Source: Candidatus Tectimicrobiota bacterium
GTDB lineage: Bacteria > JACPUC01
Direction of reading: 5' to 3'
DNA length: 64,000 nucleotides
NCBI GenBank assembly: GCA_016192455.1
Contig: JACPUC010000019.1
Span: 1-64,000 of the forward strand
Positions 61,239-64,000 of this stretch are shown one piece after another. Within the stretch, counting starts at the first letter, position 1, and each line of letters opens with the position of its first letter. Both the position numbers and the translations under genes were made by a program. A model generated the notes under the pieces. It had not been told where the DNA came from, searched no databases, and saw only the letters and a program-made list of their open reading frames with translations.

Positions 61239-62012
61239 TCAGCTCCTCCAGCGCTTCGACTCCAGCGAGCGCATGGTCAAGAACAGGCAGAAGACGACGA
61301 AGTTGAGGTAGAAGACGATGTGCTGCGTATCAATGACGCCCTGGGCGAACATCGTGAAGTGCTCGATGATGGAGATGTGGCGCAGGATGCGCCCGATCGT
61401 CGGCCCTGTGAAGGTGTCGGCGAAGCCGATGGCCCAGATGAGCAGCAGCGTCCCGAAGGTGCTCACCACGGCGACGATCTGATTCTCTGTCAGCGATGAG
61501 ATGAAGATGCCCAGGGCGATGAAGGCGCCCCCCATGAGAAGCATGCCGAGGTAGCCGGAGAGGATGGGGCTGATCTCCGGGCTGCTCACCGCGCCCACAA
61601 TCAACGGGTGGGCGGCGGAGATCGCCAGGGCCAGCGCATAGACCGTGAGGCAGGAGGCGAACTTCGCCAAGCCCACCTCGATATCGCGCACCGGGTAGCT
61701 CAGCAGCAGCTCGAAGGTACCCTGTCGCTTCTCCTCGGCGAAGAGCCGCATGGTGAGCATCGGCACGATCAGCAGCGCGATGATGCTGGCGTTCTCGAAG
61801 AGCGGCCGCAGCACCCCCTCGTTGACGTTCAACTGGTTCAGGAGCTGGGGCTGCTGCACTGCCTGGAAGCTGATGAGACTGAAGAACGCCAGGTTGCTGT
61901 AAAAGAAGTAGCCCGTAATGAGGAGGTAGAACGCGATCACCACGTACGCGATGGGCGACCCAAAGTAGGTGCGCAGCTCCTTCTTGTAGATTGCCCAGAA
62001 GGCCTGCATCAC
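61239..62012 (-). CDS. ABC-2 permease (GldF-like)
   Basis: KELRTYF.SPIAY, TMRLFAEEKRQGT.ELL, SSLTENQIVA. Confidence 0.92.
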   Translation of the reverse strand: MMQAFWAIYKKELRTYFGSPIAYVVIAFYLLITGYFFYSNLAFFSLISFQAVQQPQLLNQLNVNEGVLRPLFENASIIALLIVPMLTMRLFAEEKRQGTFELLLSYPVRDIEVGLAKFASCLTVYALALAISAAHPLIVGAVSSPEISPILSGYLGMLLMGGAFIALGIFISSLTENQIVAVVSTFGTLLLIWAIGFADTFTGPTIGRILRHISIIEHFTMFAQGVIDTQHIVFYLNFVVFCLFLTMRSLESKRWRS

Positions 62013-62971
62013 GCCACCCCCTGCTCTTCGGTGACGAGTTGGATGAAGATCTCCTCCAGGCTCATGCTCAGCGGCCGCATCTCAAGCAAGCCCCACTGCC
62101 GGTCATGCACGGTGCGCGCCAGCTCGCGGCGCACGTCCACCTCCCTGGAGCTTGTCACCTGGAAGGCGTGCACCGTCGGCTGAGCGCCGTCGCCGCGCGG
62201 CATCTCCTGCGGCGCCACGTCGAGGACGCCGGGCACTCCCCGCAACGCCTGCTGCACCTGCGGCAGCGGTCCGTCCACCTGGAGGTACAGGGCGCGGCCT
62301 TTCTGCAGGCGCGCGTGCAGGTTCTCCGGCGTATCGACGGCCACGATCTTGCCGCGATTGATGATCGTCACCCGCTGGCAGATTTGGTTCACCTCCGGCA
62401 GGATGTGCGAGCTCAGGATGACGGTGCGGCGACCCGCCATGTTCTTGATCAGCTCGCGAATCTCGACGATCTGCTGCGGGTCGAGGCCGATGGTGGGCTC
62501 GTCGAGAATAAGGACCTCCGGGTCGTTCACCAACGCCTGGGCGATGCCCACCCGCTGGCGGTACCCCTTGGAGAGCTTGCCGACGGTGCGCTGCGTCATG
62601 TGCGCCAGGCCGCACTCCTCCAGCACTTTGGCCACGCTGCCCTGGCGCTGCCGGCGTGGCACGCCCTTCACCTCCGCGACGAAGTTGAGGTACTCGCTCA
62701 CTCGCAGCTCACTGTAGAGGGGCACCCCTTCGGGCAGGTAGCCGATGCGCCGGCGCACCTCGAGGGGTTCGGAAAAGACATCGTAGCCAGCGACCGTGGC
62801 GCTCCCCTCCGTGGCGGGAAGGAAGCAGGTGAGGATGCGCATCGTGGTCGTCTTGCCGGCGCCGTTCGGCCCAAGGAAGCCGAGCACCTCTCCGCTCTGC
62901 ACCTCGAACGACACCTTCGAGACCGCTTCGATGTTGCCGAACCGCTTGCTTAGGTTCTTTACCTCGATCAA
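62009..62971 (-). CDS. ABC transporter ATP-binding protein (GldA-like)
   Basis: GPNGAGKTT, LSKGYRQR, LDEPT, SSHIL. TTG start. Confidence 0.95.
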   Translation of the reverse strand: MIEVKNLSKRFGNIEAVSKVSFEVQSGEVLGFLGPNGAGKTTTMRILTCFLPATEGSATVAGYDVFSEPLEVRRRIGYLPEGVPLYSELRVSEYLNFVAEVKGVPRRQRQGSVAKVLEECGLAHMTQRTVGKLSKGYRQRVGIAQALVNDPEVLILDEPTIGLDPQQIVEIRELIKNMAGRRTVILSSHILPEVNQICQRVTIINRGKIVAVDTPENLHARLQKGRALYLQVDGPLPQVQQALRGVPGVLDVAPQEMPRGDGAQPTVHAFQVTSSREVDVRRELARTVHDRQWGLLEMRPLSMSLEEIFIQLVTEEQGVA

Positions 62972-63422
62972 GGATGAGACTCCTCGGGCTCCCCTGTCGG
63001 GGAGGAAACGAGGTCTGGCGCAAGCTCTTCCCCCGCGGCTTCACGCAGCGCCGCCGGGGAACCATGCCGACGTGCACGACCTTTCCATGGCGGAGTGCCA
63101 CGCGCCGACATCTGACGGGCACCGTCCCTCAGGGATGCTTCCTGATCGTGGCCTTTCATGGTACGAGACCCCGGCTCGGAACACAAGGCCACCTCAGGCC
63201 TCTCCGGCCACGCTCCGTCCATGAACAGCCTCAGAAGCAGCAGGGCGCGCGCCGCGGGGGCACCCCTACTCGGGCTTCGCGGCGCGGCGACGGCGGAGCC
63301 GCGATCGTTCCCCTCCACTCCGGACCGGAGCCAGCGGGCTCCGCGGGGCCGGCGCGCCCTCCTCACCACGCGCGTCCCGAAGCAACATCGCTGCTCCGGG
63401 ACGCACCGCTCATCCCACGGCT

Positions 63423-64000
63423 TTAGTGCATATGCCCATGATGGCCATGGCCGCCCTTCTTCTCCTCCTCTTCCTCCTCGGGCTTGTCGGTGATGAGCGC
63501 CTCGGTCGTCAGCATCACCCCGGCGATGCTCGCCGCGTTCTGCAACGCCGTTCGCACCACTTTCGTCGGATCGATGATGCCCCAGTCCATCAAGTCGCCG
63601 AACCGATCCAGTTGCGCGTCGTAGCCGTAGGAGGCGGAGGCATTCGCCTGCACCTGCTGCAGCACAATGCTCCCCTCCTTGCCGGCGTTGTTGGCAATCT
63701 GCTTCAGCGGCTCGGCGAGGGCCTGGCGGACAATGGCGAGGCCAAGCTGCTGGTCACCTTGCAGCTTCTCCTGGGCCATGGCGGCGGCCGCCCGCACGAG
63801 CGCCACGCCGCCGCCGGGCACGATGCCCTCCTCAACGGCGGCGCGGGTGGCATGCAGCGCATCTTCCACCCTGGCTTTCTTCTCTTTCATCTCCGCCTCG
63901 GTCGCCGCGCCTACCTTGATCACGGCAACCCCGCCCACGATCTTGGCAAGTCGCTCCTGCAACTTCTCGCGGTCATAGTCCGAGGTCGTCTCCTCGATCT
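63423..64000 (-). CDS. groEL: Chaperonin GroEL, 3' part (runs off the window)
   Basis: [54 protein letters not shown]. Confidence 0.98.
   Translation of the reverse strand, partial: IEETTSDYDREKLQERLAKIVGGVAVIKVGAATEAEMKEKKARVEDALHATRAAVEEGIVPGGGVALVRAAAAMAQEKLQGDQQLGLAIVRQALAEPLKQIANNAGKEGSIVLQQVQANASASYGYDAQLDRFGDLMDWGIIDPTKVVRTALQNAASIAGVMLTTEALITDKPEEEEEEKKGGHGHHGHMH

Overview
GC-rich bacterial chromosomal window. A perfect parS palindrome suggests it lies near the origin; no phage, CRISPR array or intact transposase is visible. Housekeeping genes: a sigma-54 activator, nfi, a tetrapyrrole block (ccsA/hemX-like, hemA, hemC, cobA/hemD, hemB, plus a divergent hemL-like gene), nrdR, glyA, uvrA, tRNA-Glu, tRNA-Lys, a GldAFG-like ABC system and the 3' end of groEL with a His-rich tail. 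Catabolic accessory genes: two PaaK-like CoA ligases around an orphan Mo-hydroxylase subunit, a desaturase-like flavoprotein and an LLM oxidoreductase; MmgE/PrpD; an amidase; two ~90%-identical radical SAM genes with a non-canonical CX8CX2C motif followed by a NitT/TauT ABC transporter. There are two AT-rich single-gene nuclease islets and a toxin-antitoxin pair bracketed by a ~100-bp direct repeat. The most notable feature is a co-oriented ~12.4-kb minus-strand cluster (40356-52735). It encodes a Rieske/split cytochrome b complex with an octaheme and a monoheme cytochrome c, a His-ringed beta-propeller, CcmF/CcmH maturation genes and a putative RPPR-type arrest leader peptide. It also contains two genes that the ORF track splits at in-frame TGA codons. 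Both TGAs sit at Cys-like positions (UxxC in a TlpA-like thioredoxin; CU in a DUF1573-like protein) and are followed by SECIS-like hairpins, so both are probable selenoproteins. All family calls come from motif recognition by eye; no searches were run.
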